From: Mustelus asterias
Lineage: Eukaryota
DNA length: 64,000 bases
NCBI RefSeq assembly: GCF_964213995.1
Contig: NW_027590116.1
Coordinates: 186,001 to 250,000, forward strand
Reading direction: 5' to 3'
The translations under genes and the position numbers were made by a program. Position 1 is the first letter of the stretch. The number at the start of each line of letters is the position of its first letter. Positions 25,745-38,199 of this stretch are shown in pieces. The notes below the pieces were generated by a model, which ran no database searches, had not been told where the DNA came from, and was given only the letters and a program-made list of their open reading frames with translations.

Positions 25745-28575
25745 TTGGAACAATATGTAGACAGCCCGACTAGAGAGGGGGCTATACTGGACCTGGTACT
25801 GGGGAACGAGCCCGGTCAGGTCTTCAAAGTTTTGGTAGGGGAACATGTGGCAAATAGTGACCACAATTCTGTTAGCTTTAGGATAGTGATGGAAAAGGAT
25901 GAGTGGTGTCCCAAGGGTAAGGTGTTGGAAATGGGGGAAGGCTAACTTTATTGGGATCAGGCAGAAATTGGCAGCTCTTGATTGGGAGAGGCTGTTTGAG
26001 GGTCAATCCACATCTGGTATGTGGCAGTCTTTTAAGGAACGGTTGTTAGGGCTACTGGACAAGCATGTGCCTGTAAAAAAGAAGGATAGGAAGGGTAGGA
26101 TTAGAGAACCGTGGATAACCAGGGAAATTGAGGGACTGGTCAAAAAGAAAAGAGAGACGTATGTTAGGTCCAAGCAGCTAAAAACGGAGGGAGCTCTGGA
26201 GGAGTACAAAGAAAGTAGGAAAGTACTCAAACGGGGAATTAGAAGAGCAAAAAGGGGTCACGAAATGTTCTTGGCAGACAGGATTAAGGAGAATCCGAAG
26301 GCATTTTATTCATACGTTAGGAACAAAAGGGTTGTCAGGGAAAAAATCGGACCTCTCAGGGACAAAAGTGGGGACTTATGCTTGGAGCCCAAAGAAGTAG
26401 GGGAGATCCTAAATGAATACTTTGCATCGGTATTCACAAAGGAGAGGGATGTGTTGACTGGGAGTGTCTCTGAGGGGAGTGTTGAACCGTTGGAGAAAAT
26501 CTCCATTACAAAGGAGGAAGTGTTAGGTTTGTTAGAGAATATAAAGACTGACAAATCCCCAGGGCCTGATGGAATCTATCCAAGGCTGCTCAGGGAGACG
26601 AGAGGTGAAATCGTTGGGCCTCTGACGCAAATCTTTGTCTCGTCACTGGACGCAGGTGAGGTCCCAGAGGATTGGAGGATAGCCAATGTGTTCCCGTTAT
26701 TTAAGAAGGGTAGGAAGGATAACCCCGGTAATTATAGGCCGGTGAGCTTGACGTCCGTGGTGGGGAAGTTGTTGGAGAAGATTCTTAGAGATAGGATGTA
26801 TGCGCATTTAGAAAGGAATAAACTCATTAACGATAGTCAGAATGGTTTTGTGAGAGGGAGGTCATGCCTCACTAACCTGGTGGTGTTTTTTGAAGAAGTG
26901 ACCAAAATGGTTGACGAAGGAAGGGCCGTGGATGTTGTCTATATGGACTTTAGTAAAGCTTTTGACAAAGTCCCTCATGGTAGGCTAGTGAAAAAGGTTG
27001 GATCTCATGGGATAAAGGGGGAGGTGGCTAGATGGGTGGAGAACTGGCTTGGTCATAGAAGAGAGAGGGTGGTAGTGGAAGGGTCTTTTTTCCTGCTGGA
27101 GGCCTGTGACTAGTGGTGTACCGCAGGGCTCTGTATTGGGACCTCTGCTGTTTGTGATTTATATAAATGATCTGGAAGAAGGAGTAACTGGGGTGATCAG
27201 GAAGTTTGCGGACGACACAAAACTGGCAGGACTTGCAGATAGTGAGGAACATTGTCAGAGGCTACAGAAGGATATAGATAGGCTGGAAATGTGGGCAAGG
27301 AAATGGCAGATGGAGTTCAATCCTGATAAATGCGAAGTGATGCATTTTGGTGGGAATAATGTTGGGAGGAGCAACACGATAAATGGAAGAACCATAAAGG
27401 GTGTAGAGACGCAGAGGGACCTGGGTGTGCAAGTCCACAGATCTTTGAAGGTGACGTCACAGGTGGAGAAGGTGGTGAAGAAGGCATATGGCATGCTTGC
27501 CTTTATAGGACGGGGCATAGAGTATAAAAGTTGGGGTCTGATGTTGCAGATGTATAGAACGTTGGTTCGGCCGCATTTGGAATACTGCGTCCAGTTCTGG
27601 TCGCCACACTACCAGAAGGACGTGGAGGCTTTGGAGAGAGTGCAGAGGAGGTTTACCAGGATGTTGCCTGGTATGGAGGGGCTTGGTTATGAGGAGAGAT
27701 TGGGGAAACTGGGGTTGTTCTCCTTGGAAAGACGGAGGATGAGGGGAGACTGAATAGAGGTGTATAAAATTCTGAAAGTCATAGATAGGGTGAACGGTGG
27801 GAAGCTTTTCCCCGGGTCGGTGGTGACGTTCACGAGGGGTCATAGGTTCAAGGTGAAGGGAGGGGGGAGGTTTAACACAGATATCAGAAGGACATATTTT
27901 ACACAGAGGGTCGTGGGGGCCTGGAATGTGTTGCCGGGCAAGGTGGTGGAGGCGGACACACTGGGAACGTTTAAGACTTATCGAGACAGCTATATGAACG
28001 GAGTGGGAATGGAGGGATACAAAAGAGTGGTTTCGTTTGGACCAGGGAGCGGCGCGGGCTAATTGTTCTTTGTTTCTCGTTTCAAGGCTTCATTCTATGA
28101 TCAACTTGCTGATGCCAGTACAGAGCGAGACTGCGGATAGTTGGGAACCTGTCTCGGGGGCCGGGAATTCATATGCTGTTCGTGGAAGTGGAAAAGAATA
28201 GGGTTGGGAAGCATTTTCCGATCAGGGCCAGTGTGATCTCCTGGACTCGTTTCGATCGCCTCAGGGGGTCGGAGAGGAATTTCCCAGATTTTTTTTCCCC
28301 ATATTGGCCCTGGGGTTTTCACTCTGGGGTTTCGCCTCTCCCTGGAGATCACATGGTCTGGAATGGGGGGGGTGGGGGTGAGTTAATAGGTTGTGATGAA
28401 CAAAGCATCGTAGCTGTGAGGGACAGCTCGGTGGATAGGATATTAGTATGCAGATAGGCTGGAAAATTGGGCGGGGATCCTGGATTCAGGATTCAATCCT
28501 GGACCGGGGAGCGGCGTGGGCTTGGAGGGCCGAAGGGCCTGTTCCTGTGCTGTATTGTTCTTTGTTCTTTGTTTT
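25745..28575 (+). mobile_element. 5'-truncated CR1 LINE (end of EN + RT) with extended 3'UTR
   Basis: ORF pieces 25670-25945, 25899-27113, 27106-27753 and 27760-28062. (TTCTTTG)n tail at ~28557-28573. Confidence 0.92.
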
Positions 28576-28775
28576 GGTTAACTCAAGTTGCACCAGGGAG
28601 AGCCAAAGGGCTCACTTGGACAGTCAGTGACACATTGTCCCGATGGAGCACAGAGTTCCTTGCGCTGAAGACAACCACACGAAAAGGTCATCTGTGAGAT
28701 CTTAGAGCCCTGCCTCTACATTCAATCTGAGATGTTAGAGACTGCAAATACTGTCCCTTATTTGTAACAAAGCTG

Positions 28776-29007
28776 TGATGTGGAGATGCCGGCGTTGGAC
28801 TCAAGTGGGCCTAGTAAGAATTCTCACAACAGCAGGTTAAAGTCCAACAGGTTTATTTGGAATTGGAAGCTTTGCGAGCATTGCTCCTTCATCAGAAGCG
28901 CTGCTCCTTCATCAGGTGAGTCACCTGATGAAGGAGCGGCGCTCCGAAAGCTCGTGATTCCAAATAAACCTATTAGATTTTAACCTGCTTCTGTGAGACT
29001 TTTTGCT
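28776..29007. mobile_element. Palindromic Penelope-like (PLE) terminal-repeat element
   Basis: Inverted repeat 28813-29007 centred on G28920 (CATCAGGTGA-G-TCACCTGATG), carrying hammerhead core motifs typical of PLE pseudo-LTRs. Confidence 0.75.
28918..28960 (+). ncRNA. Minimal type I hammerhead ribozyme motif
   Basis: Stem I GAGUCAC/GUGAUUC, core CUGAUGA(A), stem II GGAGC-GGC-GCUCC, GAAA, palindromic AGCU in place of stem III, cleavage triplet CUC. Confidence 0.72.
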
Positions 29008-29874
29008 CTAAAAAAGATAACATCAGTGTTTGTGAATACAAAACACGTGTATTCTGATAAAGACCCATTTACCTTAATAATGTGCTTTGGGGAAGGATAT
29101 CTGCTGTGTTTACCCAGTCTCATCTACATCTGATTCTGGTCATGCTGCAACGGGGTTAAATTTTAAACGCACCTGGACTATCATTCGGTTTGGTTTGTCA
29201 CGATAATAGCAGGGAGAGAGCAGACGTCAGAACAAGTCAAGGCCTCACTGGCATTTTCTACCTGCAATACACTCGCACGCTGAATCTGACTCGTGAACAA
29301 TGTGTCAGTGTGATTCGTCACCATCCCCGGTATGTCCAGTCCCACTGGCATTGCAGAACCAGCACAGCTGACAGCTGTCTGGCACACATTCTGGATGGAT
29401 TGTGTGTGGGAAATCCTCAACAGTGACTCCGGAAACTATGATTTATCATGACATTCGTGCAAAGGCAGGGAAGTACATCTTCTGCTGACACCCCCTCACA
29501 CCCTCTGTCAGCGGAAAAATCCCTGTTACTCAACGCTAAATAATAGTTGAGGGAATCATTAGCTTCAGATTTCCACCTCTCTCTTTGGTCCATGTCATTT
29601 TCTCAACCACCATGGGAATCACATCATCTTTTGCATGGAAGTTCAAACGTGTATCAGTGTCCTCTGAACAGAAAGGTCTAATCTACTCGGAACTAAGTGC
29701 CAGATTATAATACATTTTTCCAATTCGATATGAGTAACAGATTTCTTAGGCTCAGTCGAATTTACGTCTCCATATTGTGAACTTAAAATCTGAGGCAATT
29801 GTCTGCAACATTTTATACCTGGCACCAATCTCTCACTGAAAAAAATCTGTGCCTTGATTTGATATTCATCAGTT

Positions 29875-30220
29875 GTGAGGCTGTGGCGTCGTGGTATTGT
29901 CGCCAGATTAATAATCCAGAGAACCAGAGTAATTTTCTGGGGTTCTACGTTCGAATGGCACCTGGAGAAATTTTAATTCAATAAAAATATGCAATTGAAA
30001 GTCTACTGATGACCATGAAACCATTACCGATTTTCGTAAAAACCCATCTGGTTCACTGATGCCCGACAGGGAAGGAAATCTACCATCCTTACCTGGTCTG
30101 GGCTACACGTGACTCCAGAAACACAGCAATTTGTTTGACTCTAAAATACCGTCAGGGATGGACAATAAATGCTGGCCCAGCCATCGACGCCCACAACCCA
30201 TGACTGAATAAAAGAAAAAT
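29875..30220 (+). mobile_element. tRNA-derived SINE of a second family (family assignment uncertain)
   Basis: Degenerate A/B-box head, central block AAAAACCCATCTGGTTCACT...GGGAAGGAAATCT...GTGACTCCAG, LINE-type tail AATAAATGCTGGCCCAGCC...GAATAAAA. Confidence 0.65.
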
Positions 30221-30689
30221 AAACCACCGTCAGTTATTATAAACAAATAGTTACATATACAAAAGCGATAAACCCAAACTTCTGAAAACAAAATTAAATA
30301 TCCTGCACAATTGAAACAAGAGACAGGGGAAAGGGGATAGGTAGAATAGATAGACAGATAAAGGAGAGTGAGAGAGAAAGGGTTAGGCAGACATGTCGTG
30401 AGACTAACAATGACAGGGACAGGAACAGAGACAGATTAAGGAATGAAAAAATGAAATGGAGGGAACTATCCGCTAAACATAGCGAATGAAATTCTTACCC
30501 CCCTCCACCGCCCCCCCCCCCCGACCAACACACTACCCCCCCCCACCCCTCCATCCGCCGCTCCACTGCCCCCCGCGCACATATGCTGATATCGTATTGT
30601 ATTGCAGCTACAATTATAGGCTCTCAAAAACATCTATTGCAGACTGACCGGCGAATCACTGTCAGTGACATTGGTCGGTGGATGTATGT

Positions 30690-33600
30690 TGCTACAGGGA
30701 GGGAGCCATTTTCCCTCGAGGGAAAACGCTCCAAATCTTCTTTGCACAAGGTTCAGGAAAGTTTGAACGTGGCATATTCGGTTATAACTCTGCTAACCAG
30801 GTACTGGTTAGTCGGCACTGTTTTGGGAGTTTCAGTGTATTAGCTTTCCAGAGGTCTCGATTGGTGCTCCCAGATGTGATTTAAAATCCATCGTGGTTGG
30901 TGTATTTAAAATCCAATGAATACAACCCTCAACTGAAAGTTATTCTCAGTAATGCGGACCATGAACATATCTTTGGAGTCCAAAAAAACAACCGAGTTTA
31001 TTAATGCATTTAATGGATTGACTCCTGTCCACTTTGCAAAGCAGGCTTTCATGCGATTCCGGACACTGGTTAACCTGGTTGACTCTCAAAGTCTCTCTGC
31101 AATGGCCAAGCCAGTCTTTCAGATGGCTTTGGGGGTTGTGTGTTAAAGTGGATTGGGGACTGGCTATCCGACAGGAAGCAAAGAGTCGGAATAAATGGGT
31201 GTTTTTCCGGTTGGAGGAAGGTAACTAGTGGCGTGCCGCAGGGATCGGTACTCGGGCCGCAACTGTTTACCATTTATATAGATGATCTGGAGGAGGGGAC
31301 GGAGTGTAGGGTAACGAAGTTTGCAGACGACACAAAGATAAGTGGAAAAGTGAATCGTGTGGAGGACGGAGAAGATCTGCAGAGAGATTTGGACAGGCTG
31401 AGTGAGTGGGCGAGGATATGGCAAATGGAGTATAACGTTGATAAATGCGAGGTTATACACTTTGGAGGAAATAATAACAAATGGGATTACTATCTCAATG
31501 GAAACAAATTAAAACATGCTACCGTGCAAAGGGACCTGGGGGTCCTTGTGCATGAGACGCAAAAGCCCAGTCTGCAGGTACAACAGGTGATCAAGAAGGC
31601 AAATGGGATGTTGGCCTATATTGCGAGGGGGATAGAATCTAAAAGCAGGGATGTCTTGATGCACCTGTACAGGGCATTGGTGAGGCCGCAGCTGGAATAC
31701 TGTGTGCAGTATTGGTCCCCTTATATGAGGAAGGATATATTGGCATTGGAGGGAGTGCAGAGAAGGTTCAACAGGTTGATACCGGAGTTGAGGGGTTTGG
31801 ATTATGAGGAGAGGCTGAGGAGATTGGGTTTGTACTCGTTGGAGTTTAGAAGGATGAGGGGGGATCTTATGGAGACTTATAAGATAATGCGGGGGCTGGA
31901 TAGGGTGGAGGCGGAGAGATTCTTTCCACTTAGTAAGGAAGTTAAAACTAGAGGACACAGCCTCAAAATAAAGGGGGGTCGGTTTAAGACAGAGTTGAGG
32001 AGGAACTTCTTCTCCCAGAGGGTGGTGAATCTCTGGAATTCTCTGCCCACTGAGGTGGTGGAGGCTACCTCGCTGAATATGTTGAAAGCGCGGATGGATG
32101 GATTCCTGAGCGGTAAGGGAATTAAGGGTTATGGGGATCAGGCGGGTAAGTGGTACTGATCCACGTCAGATCAGCCATGATCTTATTGAATGGCGGGGCA
32201 GGCTCGAGGGGCTAGATGGCCTACTCCTGCTCCTATTTCTTATGTTCTTATAGATCAGGGCCATTGTTAGGCACCAAAGGCTCCTTCAGCCACGCACACG
32301 TCCGATGAAATAGTGAAAACGAAGTTGAAAGACGGTGAAAATAATTCACAGGTAAACCAGCGGAGGAGATTTCCCTTTAACACAGCGAGATATTGCGACC
32401 TGGACTTTCTGACTGCAAGGATACGGGAAGATATCCAATAGTATATTTCTCAATGAGAATTCAACCAACAAATCACAGTGGCTGCAGTCACTTTTACACA
32501 GCAACCAGCTCGCTGTTGCATGGGGCATGGACCAAACCGGATGGGGAAAGACTTGCTCAAGCATATTCGGCTAAACTGGAAGTCTTCCGGTTAGGCGTGG
32601 AATATACTGTTTTCAGAAGATACCTTGGAGTTAATTTCAGGAACATCGAGGTAATTTTAAAAGGGGCCAAGGCCAAGATCAACGTGAACCCGAATGCTAA
32701 ATATAGCTATTTCAGAGCCAAACCTGGAGAAGGTGGAAACGGAACTACGAAATCATGAAAGGTTGGTACAATCAGTCCTGTGCAATTTGCAGAATGGATT
32801 GTGCCCATTGTCTCTGTTCTTCGGCTTGAAAACACAATCTGTGTGTGTGGTGACAATAAACCTACAGTCAACTGGGTCTCTAAATATTATAAATACCCCA
32901 TGACCTGGACCAAAATGTGTAAACAAGATAACAGGTGGCAATATGTTCTCCTCATTTGACATGAGCCATGCCCAACTTCACTTGAATCGGACGAGTCCTC
33001 CTGGAATACATGTGACATTCAACAACTATAATGGAGTATTTGAGCATACCTATTTGCACTTCGGGGTCACATCAGCATGGGCCATGGGTATCATCAGTGT
33101 ATGTCGCCTTGCAAAGAGTTATATCGAACATCCTTCAAGGGCTACCCAAGTTAACAGTATTTTTTGCTGACGTCTTGGCTACGGGCATTTTAGAACAGGA
33201 ACAGCTGGCCAAAAAGGAAGATGTCTTGCAGAGATTTTCCAGAGCAACAGTTTGCTTGCAGAGAGAGAGAGATCCATTTTCCAAGCAGGTGAAGTAACCT
33301 AATTAGATGATGAGGGATTACTTGTGCTGTGCATAAAGAAAAGGTCATCAAGGAAGCGCGAACCCCAAGGAACGCATAGAGTTAAAATCCTTCTGGAGCT
33401 AATTAGTTATAACAGAACATTTATTCCGAATGTAGCTTCCATGCTGCCACGTTTCTAGTCTAATATGAAAAAGCCTCAGATTTTCCTGGGGAGCTACGCA
33501 GAAAGAGAATATTTCTAAAGAAAACCGTCAGTTACTGTCACCAACTTAGTGGCCCGTTTTGACCCTGAAAAATACCTTATTTTAACTGATGATTCTTCGT

Positions 33601-34440
33601 GCAGTGCTATCAGATTGCTGGCAAGACGGGAGAGAGAATCCCGTCATGTACACCTCCCAGACCCTTGAGGATGCAGAGCGATGATACTTTCAAATTCAGA
33701 AGGAAGGATTGGCGGTCACATTTGGTCTGGAGAAATTTCACCAATACATCTACTGTTAATGTTTTTTTTTATAGTTGCCGATCCAATAGTGCTCTTCATC
33801 AAAGAGGACAAAGCAATCACCACCACTCGGATACAATGCTGCACATTGTTATTGACTGACTACGAATAGATTCTGGAACACCTCCATGGAATCAGGGTAG
33901 CTAATGTGGACAGATCGTGTCACAAGCCTGACTCCTTTATCAACACTCGAAGAGGTTATGAGGACACTGAACCATATGGAGACCTTGCTCGTGTCAGCAA
34001 AGCAGATTAAAGCTCCGATTCAAAAGCACCCAGCCTTATCCAAAATAAGGCACACAATATTACACACTGAATTCTAGCTTGGAAACTCCGAAGAAATTAA
34101 ACCCTAGCTCATTAAGGAAGCCAAACTTAGTGTTGAGAATGGGATCATTCGTTTGCGGTCCCAGGAAAATGTTCTGACCCGAGGTCAAAGCCAAATATTA
34201 ATGGAACAACTTAATGGCCGCCCGGGAGTATATAAATGAAAATGCTGACTGGGAGGTTCTTCTGGTGGCCCAGTGTTGATTCTGAAATCGCAGACTTCTG
34301 GCAGCAAAATCAAAAGCTGCCACCTCAAGCCTCCTTAAACCCAAGGGACGCGCCTGGTATGTGCGCGGTTGCATGTGGACTTTGCTCGTCTCTTTGAGGC
34401 TTCTCTGCTTTTAATAATGATGGAAGCGCACTCCAAGTCG
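30690..34440 (+). mobile_element. Decayed Gypsy-type LTR retrotransposon internal region, interrupted by a CR1
   Basis: Fragmented pol motifs: KGAKAKINVNPNA, CGDNKPTVN, FDMSHA, HFGVTSA, FADVLATG (YLDD equivalent), RNase H EGLAVTFG and integrase HVDFA. The 5' boundary is uncertain. Confidence 0.7.
31128..32250 (+). mobile_element. 5'-truncated young CR1, same subfamily as the 8227-12601 element
   Basis: ORF 31140-32159 differs from the RT C-terminus of 8326-9849 at only about 10 of 339 aa, with the same 3'UTR and tail. Confidence 0.95.
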
Positions 34441-34469
34441 CAGCAGGTGCATCGGATGGGCTCCACGAC

Positions 34470-35245
34470 ATCTCAGGTGATGATCTTGGGCAGGACAAAC
34501 AAGGCAAGGAACCTGAGAACGAAAGGCAGTGACTACCAAAGATCAGAGGGACCACGGTGTGCGTGTACACAGGTCATTTATGGTTGCAGGGCAGGTAGAT
34601 GATGTGAATAAAACGGCATGTGTTTTTCTTTTATTAGCCGTTGCACAGAGTTTAAGACCAGGATTGTTATACTGGAACTGTATAAAACGTTGGCGTGGCC
34701 ACAGCTAGAGTATTGTATGCAGTTCTGGAATCCACATTATAGATGGGATGTGATAACACTGGAAAGGGTTTAAATTAAATTTACCCGGATGTTCCTTTGT
34801 CTGCGGAGTATTAGTCATGAGAGAGAGATTTGATGGAATGGTGTTGTTTCAGTTGGAGCAGGGGGGTGCATGGTTGAGATGTAAATAATTATGAGTGACA
34901 TGGACAGATTAGACAGGAAGAAACTTTTCCCCTCGGTGGAGTGAATCAATGACCAGGGGCCATGGATTTAAGGTAAGGGACAGGAGGATTAGAACGGACC
35001 TGAGGAAAGCCCATTTCACATAGCAGGAGCTGAAAGTCAGTACTCGCTGCCTGAAAGTGTGGTGGTAGCACAAAACCTCGCTACTTTTAAGAAGTATTTA
35101 TATGTAGCCTTGAAATGCCATTGCTTATAAAGCTGTGAGCCAAGTGCTGGCGAATCGGTTTAGAATAGTTAGGTGGTTGTTTTTGACCAGCCGAGAAGTG
35201 ATGGGCCGAAGGGCATTTCCTGTGATGTAGACCTCTATGACTCAA
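34470..35245 (+). mobile_element. Old CR1 3' fragment
   Basis: Degenerate LEYC.QFW.PHY region, GGGCCGAAGGGC stem and CTCTATGACTC tail. Confidence 0.75.
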
Positions 35246-35672
35246 TTACACTGATCTGATATCGAGCGGAAAAGAGAAAATAATTTGGAAAACAAAGATG
35301 GAGTGGGAAAGGAGAAAGAGTAATTGGGAATTTGGGAGAAATCAAGATGAGAGAACTTTAAGAAGCATAAGCACTGAGAAAGGGAGTTTGTAAAAGAGGG
35401 GATGATGCGAGGGAATCGAAAGCAGCGTCCTGTTTACAAATGAAAAATCGATGTTTTAAGGAAAGTTTTTAATATGTCCACCATTCTATAAATAAATTAA
35501 AATCAGAATATTCGAGTTTCTAACCGAATCCCAAAAGTTTATCTGTTTTGCTAAAATCCCTAATGAGATCTACAGTGAGAGAAAGCAGGTGTCAGCAGCT
35601 TGTTTCTTCACCAACCTGTGAGTAACATGATTAGGGGTGTAATTGTTTAACATCACTAAGCATCTACTTCAA

Positions 35673-35680
35673 TATAAATA
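35673..35680 (+). promoter_or_regulatory. Candidate TATA box of GPCR gene 2
   Basis: TATAAATA about 90 bp upstream of the exon 1 ATG. Inferred from position only. Confidence 0.35.
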
Positions 35681-35763
35681 AACCGTTCATTTCTCTTTAC
35701 TGCCTCAGTGTCCAGGAGGACAGTTCTTCTCCATTACCAGCACGGTTCCTTAAGGCACATCCA

Positions 35764-35833
35764 ATGCGTTGGACAGCAATTTCCCAGACAACAGCTGTGT
35801 ACTATCCGATACTCGCAGCAGCTGGAGGACCTG
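35764..35833 (+). pseudogene. GPR139-like GPCR gene 2, coding exon 1
   Basis: MRWTAISQTTAVYYPILAAAGGP followed by phase-1 donor G|GTAAGT. Too short to appear in the ORF track. Confidence 0.85.
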
Positions 35834-36691
35834 GTAAGTTACTTTGATATCTTGAACCTTTGAACTTACTACTGTTTTATTTTCTGTACTGGCTAAATGT
35901 ATTATACCTGCCTTCAACTCTGTGCGAAAAGTGGCGTTCTTGAATTGAATGCCAGCGTATCCATCTGATCTAGAATGCCTTATCCCTTTAGATTACTTCT
36001 TATTGCGACATTTGCCCTTCTGCTGTTCACTCCCACACTTTGTTATAATTTTGATGTATGTTCCTTCCTTGCAATTTAATAATAGGGGTTTCTTCTGATT
36101 TTTCTATTTTTCGATCTTCTGCAACAACATTTTCTTATCTATTGCCAATTACTTATCTCTGCCCACCTTGATTTTAGTGATCTTTATTCTTTATGATGCA
36201 GTGTAGTGTTTTCGTTCTGCTCTTTGTACTTCAGTTTCTTATTGTCTTTCCTGGGCCATTTATCCTGGTTGTTGCCTTCCTCCTGCTGCTTATATTATTG
36301 TTATTTTGTTCTCTGGTGTGTTGTTCATCATTGGTACTGTGTGCTTCCTCAATCCGTTCATCCTGGACATTATCTCCTCTGCTGCACGGATTCATGCTCA
36401 ATTTTACATTACCAATGTACATAGATAAATATCCGCACGTAATGGATCACACACAGCTTCTCATCTATCAGATGAGAGACCACAATGTATCCCGACACCA
36501 TGCACTGGATATTCAGAAAATAAATGAAGGTCACCGGGGATGGGGATTTTAGTTTAGGCAACATCAAATGATTCCAGCAGATGCTCTACTTGTGGTTTTG
36601 AACAGTTCTTGAAATTCAGCATTATTATTGAAATTCTTTCAGCATTTTCGTCTCTTGGTTATATTACTGTTTTCTATTCTATGTCTCACAG

Positions 36692-37608
36692 TGAATATCG
36701 TGACAATCGCAATCCTGTCTTTCAAAAATTGTGGCCTGTCCAAATGCATCACCCGTTATCTGGTGGCTATGGCGACAGCGGATCTCCTGGTCATTGTCTG
36801 TAATGTAATCTTGCACCGCATTGCTACATTGTATTGGCGTGACACGTTCCTGTTCTACACTCCCATGTGCAGACTCATTCTCTACATGTCCCCGGTTGCC
36901 ATTGACATTTCTGTTTGGTTGGACTGTCAGTTTCACCTTTGATCGCCTTGTGGCCATTTGCTGTCAGACGCTGAAGATAAAGTACTGCACCGAGAAAACT
37001 GCTGCTGTGGTTATCAGCATTGTGAGCTCGCTGTTCTGTTTAAAGAACATTCCCTGGCCCTTCCTGAATTTCTGTTATTTCAACAAGCTGCAGAGGGGTT
37101 GCTTATTAGGAGCCAATTTTTATATTTTACCAATGTGGATAGCATTTTCCTGGGTTGAGCAGCTGTTAAGCCCAGTGATTCCTTTCATTTTAATTTTATT
37201 ATTTAACATTGTCACCATCAAACATATTTTAATAGCCAATCGCGGCAGAATGACTCTCCGGCAGCACAGCAATGACGGGAATGAGAAGGATCCCAAGCTG
37301 AGCAACCGCAGAAAATCCATTGTGTTACTATTTGCAATATCCAGTAGTTTCATCCTGCTTTGGATGGCAACAGTTGCATATTTCTTCTATATTAGAATTG
37401 GAGCCATCTTTAATCACAGATCCACAGTTTTACCAGCTTCTCGATATTCCAGGAGGCGGGAATCATGCTGCAGCTTCTGAGCTCCTGCACCACTACAGCC
37501 ATTTACACAATAACCCAGAGACAGTTCAGACATCTACTGTTCAATGTGATAAAAGCTCCCTTTACTCTGCTTGGGAAATTAATGAAATTTGGAGGGAAAC
37601 ATCAGTGA
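36692..37608 (+). pseudogene. GPR139-like GPCR gene 2, exon 2 with two frameshifts
   Basis: CACAG acceptor, then (V)NIVTIAILSFKNCGLSKCITRYLVAMATADL. A +1 indel lies at ~36921 (SVWL/TVSFTFDRL) and a -1 indel at ~37443, after which the frame reads QEAGIMLQLLSSCTTTAIY...GGKHQ to TGA 37606-37608. About 328 aa when corrected. Confidence 0.88.
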
Positions 37609-38199
37609 AGGTGGAACTCCGAGTCTCACTGTCACTATATTGGCATTGAAAAATCTTCACCGAATTTTACCAGAGGATCTAAATATCTTAAATTAACTTT
37701 TTAAATATCTTGATTATCAAAGTTAATTCAACATTAAATTCACCAACATCATAAATTCAATAGATAAAAAAGAGATGCCATTAGCTTATACTATATAGTA
37801 ATTTAACCTTAACATTTTAAGACTGGTTTCAAAAACTGACCGAATGCAAGTCTCACGTGGACTGTGAATTAGAACTTGGATATTTAGTTAATAATAATAT
37901 TTTTAATATTTAATAATGATCCAATGATGTTACCCGGTTCACAGCACCTTGGGGCATAATTCTCTTCATTTATGTCTGGGTTTTATTTGCATATCCATGC
38001 AACACTCTGCTGGTGAAAATGTGACAATCCCCAGTCCACATTCGTTCTGAAATTTATTATGATAATCCCAGTGAGAGCATATTTCCACTTTCAATACATT
38101 TTTTCCACCAGTGTTGAAAAGTGGTCAATGTTGTAATCACGGCGTTATTCAAATTATGAAGTGGAAATCGCAGAAGGAGGAGTTTCAGAAGAGCAGATT

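Noticed and set aside
30004-30025. Second hammerhead-like CTGATGA-CCAT-GAAAC
   Set aside because: Only 4 nt lie between the core halves, so there is no stem II, and no stem I is evident. It lies within a SINE.
36193-36552. Hydrophobic 119-aa ORF in the gene 2 intron
   Set aside because: T-rich low-complexity sequence gives Leu/Phe/Val runs; no family motif or splice support.
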